From contig JAHQJS010000006.1 of assembly GCA_019057385.1 (NCBI GenBank), forward strand, positions 613,038 to 677,037: a DNA stretch of 64,000 nt, given 5' to 3'. Under the pieces are notes generated by a model that had not been told where the DNA came from, did no database searches, and saw nothing but the letters and a program-made list of their open reading frames with translations. The position numbers and the translations under genes are program-made. This document shows positions 1 through 9,550 of this stretch, in pieces. This DNA comes from Candidatus Borrarchaeum weybense (lineage in GTDB: Archaea > Asgardarchaeota > Sifarchaeia > Borrarchaeales > Borrarchaeaceae). Every line of letters starts with the position of its first letter. The first letter of the stretch is position 1.

Positions 1-525
1 GTCGAATTCGACTTCCTTTTGTTGCACATCTCTTGGGAGATCTATAAATACGGGTCCTGGACGTCCTGTTTGAGCAATTGCAAGGGCTTCTTTCATTACA
101 TAAGGGAGTTTATTGACATCTGTGACCTTATAGTTATGCTTTGTAACATTTAAGGTGAGTCCAAACATATCGGCTTCTTGAAACGCATCGGTTCCCATCA
201 TGGAAGTAGGAACTTGGCCTGAAACATAAAGACACGCTGAACTATCTAGAAATGCAGTGGCCATGCCCGTAAGAAGGTTCGTTCCTCCGGGACCACTCGT
301 CGAGAATCCGATTCCTACTTCTCCTAATGCTCGATAGTATCCGTCCGCTGCGTGGGCAACACCTTGCTCATGTCGGCATAAAACATGCCTCACGTTGCCA
401 GCATCAACCGCTGATAAAACTTCATCATAAAGTTCCATTACAGCTCCACCAGGAAACCCGAAAATAGCTTTTACACCATCGCTTTTTAAAGCTTCAAGAA
501 CTACTTTAGCACCTCTAATTTTCAT
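1..525 (-). CDS. ilvB: Acetolactate synthase large subunit, N-terminal part (runs off window)
   Basis: Reverse strand reads MKIRGAKVVLEALKSDGVKAIFGFPGG...RHEQG...TSGPGGTN; AAGGAGG RBS upstream; next to ilvC. Confidence 0.93.
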   Translation of the reverse strand, partial: MKIRGAKVVLEALKSDGVKAIFGFPGGAVMELYDEVLSAVDAGNVRHVLCRHEQGVAHAADGYYRALGEVGIGFSTSGPGGTNLLTGMATAFLDSSACLYVSGQVPTSMMGTDAFQEADMFGLTLNVTKHNYKVTDVNKLPYVMKEALAIAQTGRPGPVFIDLPRDVQQKEVEFD

Positions 526-995
526 TAAAATTCCTCCTTTTAGAATCTAGTTTGTATATTTCCCTACTATTGACTGAAAACAAAACATTGTTGTCATTAA
601 AAGCATTAAATTGTCTTAAAATGACTAAACTAATTTTATTAGAAAAATAGCTTTTATGCTTACCAAATGGAATATAATCTTGTTTCAAGAACAAGTCTAT
701 AGCTGGGAATAATTTTCTAGGTAGGTAACCCCCAAAATCCAAAAAGAATAATGTTTTGTTGCAAAGGCCTGTGTAACTAACAGATTTGATGATACCTCCA
801 GTTCATCTGCGGACCTCCGGTAACTTTTAGGGGGTTGAATTTGTACGCTTACTTTATACTAATCTTTTATAAGTCTTTGTTTTCAATCCGATCTTTTCAA
901 AAATAAGTATGATGGTTAACAAAGCTTGACCTTAACTTATAAAAGCGCATTCGTGTATTCGTCGAAAAAAAAGTAACAGCTTTGGAGGATTAAAT

Positions 996-1973
996 GTGGT
1001 AAAGATATATCATGAAAACGATGCGGATCTATCACTCCTAGATGGTAAAACGATTGCAATAATCGGTTATGGATTACAAGGGTCGGCGCAGGCAATGTGC
1101 ATGAAAGATACTGGCGTAAATGTCATAATTGGTGCACGTCCTAATGGTCCATCTTGGAATAAAGCAAGAGAATATGGTTTTGAAGTTTATGAAATCCCAG
1201 AGGCTTCAAAACGTGCCGAGATTATCTATCTTTTAGTACCCGATGAACATCACGAAAAAGTCTATAAAGAACAAATTGAACCTTACATGGAAAAATGTGA
1301 AGTATTTTGCGTTTCCCATGCATTCAGTATTGTCTTTGGGCAAGTAGTACCACCAGATAACGTAGATATAATCATGGTTGCCCCTAAAGCGCCAGGAAAG
1401 ATCGAACGTCGTCTTTATTGCGAAGGTTTCGGTGCACCTGCTCTTATCGCTGTTGAACAGGATGTAAGTAGAAAGGCAAAAGATATCGCACTTGCAATGT
1501 GCAAAGCAAATGGTTTTACACGTGCTGGAGTAATAGAGACAAAATTCTATGATGAAGTAACCAGTGATCTTTTCGGTGAGCAAGCGGTACTTTGTGGAGG
1601 TCTACACGAGCTTATTAAAACAGGTTTCGACTTGTTGGTTGAAAATGGATATGATCCAGTTCTCGCATATTTTGAATGTCTAAATGAATGTAAACTAATT
1701 ATGGATCTAATTTACGAGGGCGGTATTGAAGGAATGTGGAACAACGTTTCCAACACGGCAGAATACGGTGGCAGAACTAGAGGTGAAAGTGTAATAAATA
1801 AAGCAGCGATGGAAAAAATCCTAAAAGACGTTCAAAGCGGAAAATTTGCTCAAGAATGGATTTCAGAATACAAGGCGAATGCACCATCTCTTAAGGTTCA
1901 ACGAATTACTGGTGCTAAAGAAAACATAGAAGAAGTTGGAAAAGAAGTTAGAAAACTCTTTGAAAAGAAATAA
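996..1973 (+). CDS. ilvC: Ketol-acid reductoisomerase
   Basis: IAIIGYGLQG Rossmann motif, MVAPKAPG, DLFGEQAVLCGG, SNTAEYG; GGAGG RBS. Confidence 0.97.
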   Translation: MVKIYHENDADLSLLDGKTIAIIGYGLQGSAQAMCMKDTGVNVIIGARPNGPSWNKAREYGFEVYEIPEASKRAEIIYLLVPDEHHEKVYKEQIEPYMEKCEVFCVSHAFSIVFGQVVPPDNVDIIMVAPKAPGKIERRLYCEGFGAPALIAVEQDVSRKAKDIALAMCKANGFTRAGVIETKFYDEVTSDLFGEQAVLCGGLHELIKTGFDLLVENGYDPVLAYFECLNECKLIMDLIYEGGIEGMWNNVSNTAEYGGRTRGESVINKAAMEKILKDVQSGKFAQEWISEYKANAPSLKVQRITGAKENIEEVGKEVRKLFEKK

Positions 1974-1982
1974 ATAACCCCC

Positions 1983-1992
1983 TCTTTTTTTA
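1983..1992 (+). terminator. T-tract terminator after ilvC
   Basis: Poly-T run immediately after the stop codon. Confidence 0.55.
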
Positions 1993-2202
1993 TACTTCTT
2001 TGCACTTTCATGCCGTAATAGGTAAAAAACTTTCTTTTTATGTATGTATTTGAGAGATTCGCATTTTTATTACTTAAAAGTCTAAAAGACTTTTATAGAA
2101 GTTCTGTTACAATTTTTATGAAATGGGACTATTTGAGGGGGCTTCAGTTACTATACAAGGGGTATTTATTGGCATTTTTATTTATTCATAGGAGGGGTAT
2201 CA

Positions 2203-3144
2203 GTGATGGATGAAGACAAAGAAGACGACAATAAAGAAAATGAAAAAGAAGGGTTACTAAGAGAGTTGGGTGGACCAATAATCAATAGAATTGCAAATAA
2301 ACACAGTATCAAGCCAGGAAATACTGAAGAAAGATTACTTAGATTACTGGCGATGTTATCTCACACCAATGTGAAACAGGAGTATGAAAATTATATTGAC
2401 TGTAGATTGAAAGCACATTTTCTCTACTTATTAAGGCCTGATCACTTAGGCTTGGCTAAGAATGATTTTACTAAATTCTTAGAAAGTCACAACTTAACTG
2501 ATTATCTTTATTCTTCATCTAAAAACCCCCCTAAGACTAAAACGCCACAATTGGTGTTTATAAAACAAATGGAAGATTCTTGGTTCAAACTATATTATAC
2601 CTACCTAGATGAAAGTTCTGAATGGGACTATATAAAAAACAAACCAATAGTCTCTAAATACCCTTGTCTAGCAATAGCACTTATAGAACCTGAAACTGGA
2701 TTGTTAAGCATTAGAGTTCCTGGAATGGATCATAGAAACAGTGCTGATGTAATATTCAAAAAACTTAAACGTGGATTCTCAAAAGGTAATGGAATTGAAT
2801 TAAAATTTGATCAAAATCATCTGCTTAATTTATTTGGTTGGTCAGAGCAAAGACGAATTGCAACAGTTCTTCCAGTTTTTGACGATGCTGAAGAACAGGA
2901 AATAATAAATGACAAGAAATATAGGGCAAAAAGAGGAAAGGATTTCTACGAAAGTGAAAAACTTAAGAAAGAAATAGAGAGTTCCTTGAAAGGAGGTATT
3001 CATGTATTGAAAACCTTCGAAAAATCAAAGGTGGGTTTTAATACTAGCACTGGACCCGCGAGATTATCGTTTAGAACTAATATAGGAGAGAGGGCAATTA
3101 AATATGTCCTTAATTACATTAAAGAAATACTTGGAATATCCTAA
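2203..3144 (+). CDS. Hypothetical protein, first gene of a 3-gene accessory (possibly defence) operon
   Basis: 313-aa ORF, GGAGGGG RBS, overlaps next ORF. Confidence 0.75.
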   Translation: MMDEDKEDDNKENEKEGLLRELGGPIINRIANKHSIKPGNTEERLLRLLAMLSHTNVKQEYENYIDCRLKAHFLYLLRPDHLGLAKNDFTKFLESHNLTDYLYSSSKNPPKTKTPQLVFIKQMEDSWFKLYYTYLDESSEWDYIKNKPIVSKYPCLAIALIEPETGLLSIRVPGMDHRNSADVIFKKLKRGFSKGNGIELKFDQNHLLNLFGWSEQRRIATVLPVFDDAEEQEIINDKKYRAKRGKDFYESEKLKKEIESSLKGGIHVLKTFEKSKVGFNTSTGPARLSFRTNIGERAIKYVLNYIKEILGIS

Positions 3145-3517
3145 TAAAAAGGAAGAAAAGGATTTCTGTAGATTTATCGATTATTTAATGAACAATATTA
3201 CTACGATTACAGCTATTTCTCCAAGTTTCATTTCAGAAAAATTCAATATATCAAAAAGAGAAGCTCAAAAATTTCTTCAGCATGCTGTAAAAACTAACTT
3301 TTTTGAAGTTGAACAACAACTTATTTGTCCAAAATGTGCGTATACAATAGACGAGATCACAGATCCAAATAATCTACCAAAAGAAACAATAGTTTGTGAA
3401 GATTGCGGTCTTGAATTTACACCTAAAAAAGGAGATATATTTGTAATTTACAAGCTTTCAGAAGAAGCAAAGGAGGTGATCAATAAATTTTTTCGGAACA
3501 AAGGTAGACAAAATTGA
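3104..3517 (+). CDS. HTH-like plus zinc-ribbon protein
   Basis: CPKC...CEDC pairs preceded by an HTH-like segment (ISEKFNISKREAQKFL). Confidence 0.75.
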   Translation: MSLITLKKYLEYPNKKEEKDFCRFIDYLMNNITTITAISPSFISEKFNISKREAQKFLQHAVKTNFFEVEQQLICPKCAYTIDEITDPNNLPKETIVCEDCGLEFTPKKGDIFVIYKLSEEAKEVINKFFRNKGRQN

Positions 3518-3788
3518 TGAATTTAAACTACCGATTCAAGATTTTGAAGACCAAGGGATATCTTGGGACGCTTTTGCAGATTTTATACAAATTTATGGTA
3601 CACTAATTACCGGAATTATTTTTGCTGTATCTCTTCCTATTAATATTGTTCTAAACCATTTCAATATTTATGTTCCATACCTGGAGGAACTTTTCAATTT
3701 TCTCTCTGGCATGTCTCTATTGCTATTATTCGCACTCGGACTTTTCCTCATTGGAAGAGGTGCTAAGAGAAAAAAGAGTATTAAGTAG
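3483..3788 (+). CDS. 101-aa two-TM membrane protein, probable ATA start (not in ORF track)
   Basis: AAGGAGGTGATC RBS then open frame (I)NFFGTKVDKIDEFKLPIQ...LLLFALGLFLIGRGAKRKKSIK*; two hydrophobic segments. Confidence 0.6.
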   Translation: MNFFGTKVDKIDEFKLPIQDFEDQGISWDAFADFIQIYGTLITGIIFAVSLPINIVLNHFNIYVPYLEELFNFLSGMSLLLLFALGLFLIGRGAKRKKSIK

Positions 3789-4044
3789 TTCTCTTCTGCT
3801 AAATTGAAATCATTTAGTTTTTAATTCATGATATCAAAGGTACATAAGTTCCTAAAGATAAAAAATAATATCATTGCTAACTTCTCTAAAAGAAAAGTTT
3901 ACTTTGAATACAATTCATAACATTCTTATTTTGCATCTTTCATTGAGTTATTTGAAATATAAAACATAAAGTTCGTTCTTAGAATGAATTTAATCTCGAA
4001 AGTCTATGTCCCTTTTTTTAGATTAATTTACTTTCAATTACATA

Positions 4045-4056
4045 AAACTATATTTT
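4045..4056 (+). repeat. Candidate attL core AAACTATATTTT
   Basis: Same 12-mer at 63546-63557 just upstream of the integrase; AT-rich, so a chance match is possible. Confidence 0.45.
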
Positions 4057-4112
4057 AACCTTAATACTACTTCATGCTATCACATTCTTAGTCTCTGAAA
4101 ACTATTCCTTAA

Positions 4113-5241
4113 TACTTAGGTACTCAGGAACGGCTAATAAAACTTATATAGAAGTTCCTAAGCATACATTCTGCTCAAAAAACAAAATAGGAAAAAGAGG
4201 AAAAGGTTTCCATTTTGCGCTGGTGCCTTTCCCTCTTTGAAGGTAATCCCTATGGATTCTATTAGGAACTTTTCCGATAAAAAGTTTTCGCTCGCGGTTC
4301 ACGAAATTCTTTTGCAGTTGAAGTATAATTCGTATCCACACAATTATCTTGTTGCGAAAATTCAGGAAAGTCATGCTACTTTTTCAAGATCTCTTGTTGA
4401 AAAAGTGATACATTTTCTCTATTATAACGCGAAAAAATTAGGCAGAATTGTCATAGACTTTGAAGGGAAGGCTCTTCATTTCTATTACAATCTTGACATT
4501 TCTGAGGAAATTGCATTTCAGCGTGCAAAGAGTTTCATGGCAAATTACAGACTCTATCTTAAAAAGATGATTACGAATGACAAAAAGACAAATATTGTTG
4601 GCAGGATGGGTGAAGGAGCTGTAAGAGCTGTCTTACGGAAATTAGGTTTCACAGTCCTGCAACGAGTCAGAGCAGGGAAAGGTGATATTGACCTTATTGC
4701 AATGATTAAAAGTTTCAATTGGCGTATTTGCAAAGTAAAAGAATTCGTAATTGCTTTTGAAGTGAAGAATAGAGACAAAGAAGTAGAGTCATCTTGTCTT
4801 ACTAAATTTAATTATGCTTTAGATAAGTTTACTGCAAAAACAAACATCAAGATAGACCGAAAAATCTTAGTCGCCAAAAAATGTAGTTACAAGACGCAAA
4901 AGAGGAGTAATGGGGAGGGAATAGACATTGTTGAACTCATGCAAAAATATGTGCCGCATACTCCCTATGCAAAACCCTTTGGAAGCATATCAATCAAACA
5001 GTTTATGAGAAAAATTCTCAGGAAATTGATTAGTCTTTTTAGAGGTCTTACAGATCTCATCGAATATATTTATGCAAAAGGAATCATTTCAAACAGATTA
5101 GAACACTATAAGACTCTTCTTAATCAATTCGATTGGCTATTACTTGCTCAGTTTTTAAAAGATCATTCTCTATGTCCTGCAAAAATACGTGACTTCGTTT
5201 TAAAAATGAGGTTATCCGACTTGTTCCTGAGTACCTAAGTA
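4113..5241. repeat. 19-bp perfect inverted repeat (4113-4131 / 5223-5241) bracketing the endonuclease gene
   Basis: TACTTAGGTACTCAGGAAC versus GTTCCTGAGTACCTAAGTA. Confidence 0.9.
4237..5238 (+). CDS. PD-(D/E)XK restriction-endonuclease-like protein (Mrr-like catalytic domain)
   Basis: GEGAVRAVLRKLGF...GDIDLIA...FEVKN. Confidence 0.75.
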   Translation: MKVIPMDSIRNFSDKKFSLAVHEILLQLKYNSYPHNYLVAKIQESHATFSRSLVEKVIHFLYYNAKKLGRIVIDFEGKALHFYYNLDISEEIAFQRAKSFMANYRLYLKKMITNDKKTNIVGRMGEGAVRAVLRKLGFTVLQRVRAGKGDIDLIAMIKSFNWRICKVKEFVIAFEVKNRDKEVESSCLTKFNYALDKFTAKTNIKIDRKILVAKKCSYKTQKRSNGEGIDIVELMQKYVPHTPYAKPFGSISIKQFMRKILRKLISLFRGLTDLIEYIYAKGIISNRLEHYKTLLNQFDWLLLAQFLKDHSLCPAKIRDFVLKMRLSDLFLST

Positions 5242-5534
5242 CTTTCGTAGTGATCATAAGAAAAAACTATCACAAACTCATTACCTAAGTACTGAGGAAT
5301 ACATACCTTTATATAAGACTAAATCCCCATTTACCAATGTAAAAACTTGTGTGGTGGGATGACAAAGTGGGTGCCCTCAAATGTCCACGTTGCAATACGC
5401 AACTTTTCAAACAAAATGCTATTTATAGATGTCCTTGTTGTGGCTTTTGGGCTACGCATGAAGCACTTATAGCATCCCAAACCTCTTCTACTTTTATAAA
5501 AAATACCATAAAAGCAGTAGCATAAAAAAAAAGA

Positions 5535-5867
5535 TTATTTGAAAAGTTGAATAAGTGCAACGAATCTCTCTGTGACGTCTTTTCCTAATTTTGTAATAGT
5601 GTATTCCTCAAGGTTACGAGATTCATCGTAAACCTTTGCTTCTAAAACACCAAGTTCTACTAGAGAATCAATTCTACTACGAATTGTATTATAACTAAAT
5701 TTTCCAAATTCATTCTTAAACTCATGTAAAAGATCTGTGGTTCGCCAAGTCGTTTTCTTTTGAAACATCAAGAGCACTTCAACACTCTTTGATTTCTCGA
5801 AAGCATCTAACATTTGCATTGTTTTTTTGTTTTTGAGATCTGAAATGACTGACAATATCAACACCAA
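5535..5867 (-). CDS. Winged-helix transcription regulator (HxlR/ArsR-like), candidate repressor
   Basis: TIRSRIDSLVELGVLE...EYTITKLG; operator array upstream. Confidence 0.8.
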   Translation of the reverse strand: MVLILSVISDLKNKKTMQMLDAFEKSKSVEVLLMFQKKTTWRTTDLLHEFKNEFGKFSYNTIRSRIDSLVELGVLEAKVYDESRNLEEYTITKLGKDVTERFVALIQLFK

Positions 5868-5925
5868 CCAAAGTACCTAAGTAATAAGATATGATTTCCT
5901 CATACTAAAAACTACTTCATAAATC

Positions 5926-5981
5926 TTGTTATGACAGTTGTGATAACAAAATAAAGGTTTGGTCCTAAATTGTAATAACAA
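5926..5981. promoter_or_regulatory. Operator array, three TTGTNATNACAA-type boxes
   Basis: TTGTTATGACA, TTGTGATAACAA, TTGTAATAACAA; same layout at 26232-26319 (inverted) and 44941-45016. Confidence 0.8.
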
Positions 5982-5998
5982 CTTTATTCCTGGAATAC

Positions 5999-7312
5999 TT
6001 ACAGAAAATAAAGGTAGGCGAAGAATAATAGCCCTATTGTCGGTAAAATAAGAATAAATAGATTCATCGCTATTTTAATTATAGGCATTTTTTTGTAGAG
6101 TTGATAGATTGTAACAAAACATAGTAATACAATATTTAGAAGAGCACCAATTTTGAGGACCTGAACAAGCCGGGTGTGTGGAAGAAGTACTTTTGATTCA
6201 AATTTTTCTTTGAGGAACTGATAGGAGTTCCCTGATAACCTCTCAAAATTATAGATACTTACTCCATCGGCACTTAATCGAATGCTTTCAAGTTTTTGTT
6301 TCATTATGTTAATATCTTCAGGAATTATCGGCAAATATGTCGCCGAACGTAAGTCTATATTTCTTAGATAAGTGATAGTTTCTTGAAACGTCTTGAGATC
6401 GCCGTATTCCATCACCTTGTAAAAGTCCACAAAATTGTCCCATGAATCCCATTCCTGGAAGATTCCATATCCATCTGATCCATGGATACTTGGCCGCGTA
6501 AACACATTACATCCGATATATTTGAATTTGCTGTGGACTATTTTTGAAGCCTCTTTAACAAAGGTGGTGATGGTCTCAGTCATAAAGGTTTCCCATTTAG
6601 CCCACATTTGTGTATCTGCTTCATCAAAATCTAAAGGACTAACGCTGTAAGTTTCGGTGAATTTTTCTAAACTGTATGGATCATAGGACGGTTTATCTAA
6701 ATATCTGACGAAATCTAATATAATCCCGTCCACGCCTTTTGCAAGTATTTCTTCAATGATCGAAAAATAGAACTCACGGACTTCTGGAATCGCGGGTGAG
6801 AACCAATACTTGATCCACGAAGCTTGAGGAGTCACAGGATTGCCTTGTCTGTCCACTGCCCACCACTCACTATGGTTCTCACTACCCGTTCGTGAAGAAT
6901 AATCAATCCACAGGTCTACAATTGCATAGACTTTGAGTCCCTTTTCCTTTCCCTTTTGAATAAAATATTCCAGCACGTCAAAGTCATACGTAAAATCAGT
7001 GATAGAAATTTGACCTTGTGAAACTTCGCTGGGATAATACGTCAGAGATCCACCAACCGCTAAAGAAATTATGTTTGCGCCAAGTTGGTCAATTTGCCTA
7101 ATCTTGGCATCAATTTCTTCTTGAGTTTTATACTGACCGCTATCAAGTTTGATAGTAACGATTCTGCCTTCCTCATATTTGTTCTCTGCCGTTGTGATAT
7201 TGAAAGCAATTTGTATGAAAGCAGAACTGCAAATGATTACGAGCAATACTATGAATGCAATTCTCAAGTCGTCAGGTTTTGCCATTATTTTTTTCCTCTT
7301 CTTTTTTTTCAA
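5999..7312 (-). CDS. Membrane-anchored glycoside hydrolase-like protein (GHL10/DUF187-type TIM barrel)
   Basis: FDVLEYFI...GLKVYA, WFSPAIPEVREFY, GVDGIILDFVRY, QEWDSW; N- and C-terminal TM segments. Confidence 0.8.
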   Translation of the reverse strand: MKKKKRKKIMAKPDDLRIAFIVLLVIICSSAFIQIAFNITTAENKYEEGRIVTIKLDSGQYKTQEEIDAKIRQIDQLGANIISLAVGGSLTYYPSEVSQGQISITDFTYDFDVLEYFIQKGKEKGLKVYAIVDLWIDYSSRTGSENHSEWWAVDRQGNPVTPQASWIKYWFSPAIPEVREFYFSIIEEILAKGVDGIILDFVRYLDKPSYDPYSLEKFTETYSVSPLDFDEADTQMWAKWETFMTETITTFVKEASKIVHSKFKYIGCNVFTRPSIHGSDGYGIFQEWDSWDNFVDFYKVMEYGDLKTFQETITYLRNIDLRSATYLPIIPEDINIMKQKLESIRLSADGVSIYNFERLSGNSYQFLKEKFESKVLLPHTRLVQVLKIGALLNIVLLCFVTIYQLYKKMPIIKIAMNLFILILPTIGLLFFAYLYFL

Positions 7313-7394
7313 TTTCCTGTCTGATAACTTCTAAAACAGAACCACACAAGAAAAGTCCTCCTGATTATACTTAGGTAATGAAAAAAATAATTGA

Positions 7395-7640
7395 CTAGAG
7401 TTCAACAGGCAGTCGACTAACAATGTCCGCAATTGCTTTGGTATTCTTCTGTATGCTAGTTAACGTATGTTTCATCTTTGCTTCATGTTGTCCTATCTTA
7501 GAACACGCTTCTTTGTCGCCATGTACCTTGCATAAATGAACAACTTCCCTGAGTTCAGTTTGATTCTCAGCATACTCTTCTAAGTCTGCAACAAGAAACA
7601 AAATCCAACTATCGAGATTCAAAGGCATTGTTTCATGCAC
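7395..7640 (-). CDS. Small hypothetical protein
   Basis: 81-aa ORF with AAGGAG RBS, in the minus-strand gene run. Confidence 0.65.
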   Translation of the reverse strand: MHETMPLNLDSWILFLVADLEEYAENQTELREVVHLCKVHGDKEACSKIGQHEAKMKHTLTSIQKNTKAIADIVSRLPVEL

Positions 7641-7697
7641 ACTCCTTCTTCTTTTCTTTTTGATTATTTAAGTAGTCTAAAAGGCGACTTCTACTCA

Positions 7698-8378
7698 TTA
7701 TTTGGAGAACGATTTTTCATAATAGCTCTTCTTCCTTTTCTTGTGAATCAACGGGATCATAAGAATAAGTACAGTAATGATTACGCCGATCATAAGAATA
7801 AGTAGTTCATAACCACCGATGTAAAAGTATACATACCAAGACTCAGGATCCCAGAGTGAACTTCCCTCTTTTACTTGCGTCACAACTATTCTTTGGAAAT
7901 AACTCTCTTCTACTGTTGTCACGTAACTAATCGAATCGTGGATTCGTTGAAGCCTGAGATGGTTATTTGTATCTGAGAAATCCCATCGAATTATGTACAG
8001 ATTGATTTCAATGTAATTGAAAATGATTTCAACAGTCAGTACTACATGATGTCTCTGGTCGCCATTGAACTCATCTATGTCATATACAAGTTTTTGTGAA
8101 GTAGAAGTTACTTGAAACAAGTCAACTTTTTCTGAATTAAAGTCGAGCGTGTGTTGTTTTAAGCCGTTAGAATTGAACTCTTGAATGGCAACGTATTCGA
8201 GGTCATGTTTATTATTGATATTTTTGTACCAATAACGGAAGTGTACTTTATCGTTTCGGTAACTAAGACATATCTCCTCATTACTGATAGTATCAGTCGC
8301 GGCGACTGTTGGTTGAACAAGAACACCGACTAAGACAAGTGCTACAATTAGCGCACACATTGCTTGTTTATGATTCAT
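7698..8378 (-). CDS. Secreted, C-terminally anchored surface protein
   Basis: Probable start MNHKQAMCALIVALVLVGVLVQPTVAA (signal peptide); C-terminal TM and KKRKK tail. Confidence 0.75.
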   Translation of the reverse strand: MNHKQAMCALIVALVLVGVLVQPTVAATDTISNEEICLSYRNDKVHFRYWYKNINNKHDLEYVAIQEFNSNGLKQHTLDFNSEKVDLFQVTSTSQKLVYDIDEFNGDQRHHVVLTVEIIFNYIEINLYIIRWDFSDTNNHLRLQRIHDSISYVTTVEESYFQRIVVTQVKEGSSLWDPESWYVYFYIGGYELLILMIGVIITVLILMIPLIHKKRKKSYYEKSFSK

Positions 8379-8385
8379 TTTTTTC

Positions 8386-8700
8386 TTACTTCCCAATAAT
8401 TCTTTTAATGGTCGGAAAACCAAGTAGCGCAATACTTAGAAGTAAGCATAATGCCGCAACGACTAAGATTGCAATGTAAGGAAACCCTAGATACAATAGA
8501 TTTCCAACGATATTTTCTGAAGATGTAGTAAAGTATTGAAGAACATAGTCTTTAGCCTTAGTGACCCACAAATTAGCACCAACTGCATTAGCGATCCAAC
8601 CTCCAAGTGACCAGATCATACCTGATGCGATGAATAAAAACGCAACACCAACGAGATACCGCAATTTAGAAACTACCTTTTTGACCATTTTTCCTTTCAC
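8386..8700 (-). CDS. Small two-TM membrane protein
   Basis: Two hydrophobic helices and basic termini. Confidence 0.75.
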   Translation of the reverse strand: MKGKMVKKVVSKLRYLVGVAFLFIASGMIWSLGGWIANAVGANLWVTKAKDYVLQYFTTSSENIVGNLLYLGFPYIAILVVAALCLLLSIALLGFPTIKRIIGK

Positions 8701-8803
8701 CTTTTCTAATTACTTAGGTACTTTCGTAATATCTGTCACGCCAGGAATTGACGCAACACACGATTTATGAAAGCATTTGGGGATTTAGGCGGTGCAAATC
8801 TAT

Positions 8804-9550
8804 TCAGGGGGACATCAGCGCAAACATTTTCGAGAGTATATTATTTAATCTATGAACCCAGATTGACGCATAGAGTCCATACTTTGTTCTGATCGCAGCA
8901 AGTTCTATTCCTGCTACAACTGTAAACATGAGTAAAATTGCATTGAAGGCGTACGCTACACTATGCGCAATTCCAAAGAATAGTGTCGATGAAATCACGT
9001 ACGCAATCGCATACGCCGTTGTTTCATCAAACTTAAGAAATCGTTGCAGAACCCACTTGATAGGCTCAGGGTACGCATACCTGAAAAAAAGTTCTTCAGT
9101 CGGAGCGATCAAACAAACATGGAACATTATACTGACAAAAAACCCTTCAATTGGAGATAAGGTTTGCGTGCTTTCTAATAACAAGATTTCTGACGTTGGG
9201 GATACAGAAATCCCATAAAGCGGGCTTTCTGTGTCTACTATTGACAGACCAAGAGTGTTTTGAAAAGGTGCGAGCACATAACTAAAGATCACGTTCGTAA
9301 ATATCACAATAGTGACGCCTAAAGTAATACCCACGATAAAATTGGCTTTCTTTTCTCGCACACTTTTGTAAGAATAAAATGCATATACTGCGGCAACCGC
9401 TGAAAAGATAATCGCATAACTATAAAAAAGAAAAATTTGGAGATAGGTTAAGACGGCGAAACCAATTGTAAACATCAGTATCCCCATAGCGATAACGTAA
9501 TCTGCCGCACTGATTACAATATCTTCAGTAATAGCCTCTCTAGTTATCAA
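8804..9550 (-). CDS. CPBP/Abi (CAAX protease-like) intramembrane glutamic protease
   Basis: APTEELFFR (EExxxR), FFGIAH (FxxxH), WVHRLNN (HxxxN). Confidence 0.9.
   Translation of the reverse strand: MITREAITEDIVISAADYVIAMGILMFTIGFAVLTYLQIFLFYSYAIIFSAVAAVYAFYSYKSVREKKANFIVGITLGVTIVIFTNVIFSYVLAPFQNTLGLSIVDTESPLYGISVSPTSEILLLESTQTLSPIEGFFVSIMFHVCLIAPTEELFFRYAYPEPIKWVLQRFLKFDETTAYAIAYVISSTLFFGIAHSVAYAFNAILLMFTVVAGIELAAIRTKYGLYASIWVHRLNNILSKMFALMSP

Noticed and set aside
2137-2145. GGGGCTT upstream of the 2203 gene, and isolated GGAGCT at about 4615, 49481 and 51500
   Set aside because: No accompanying hairpin/RBS layout; compatible with chance hexamers.
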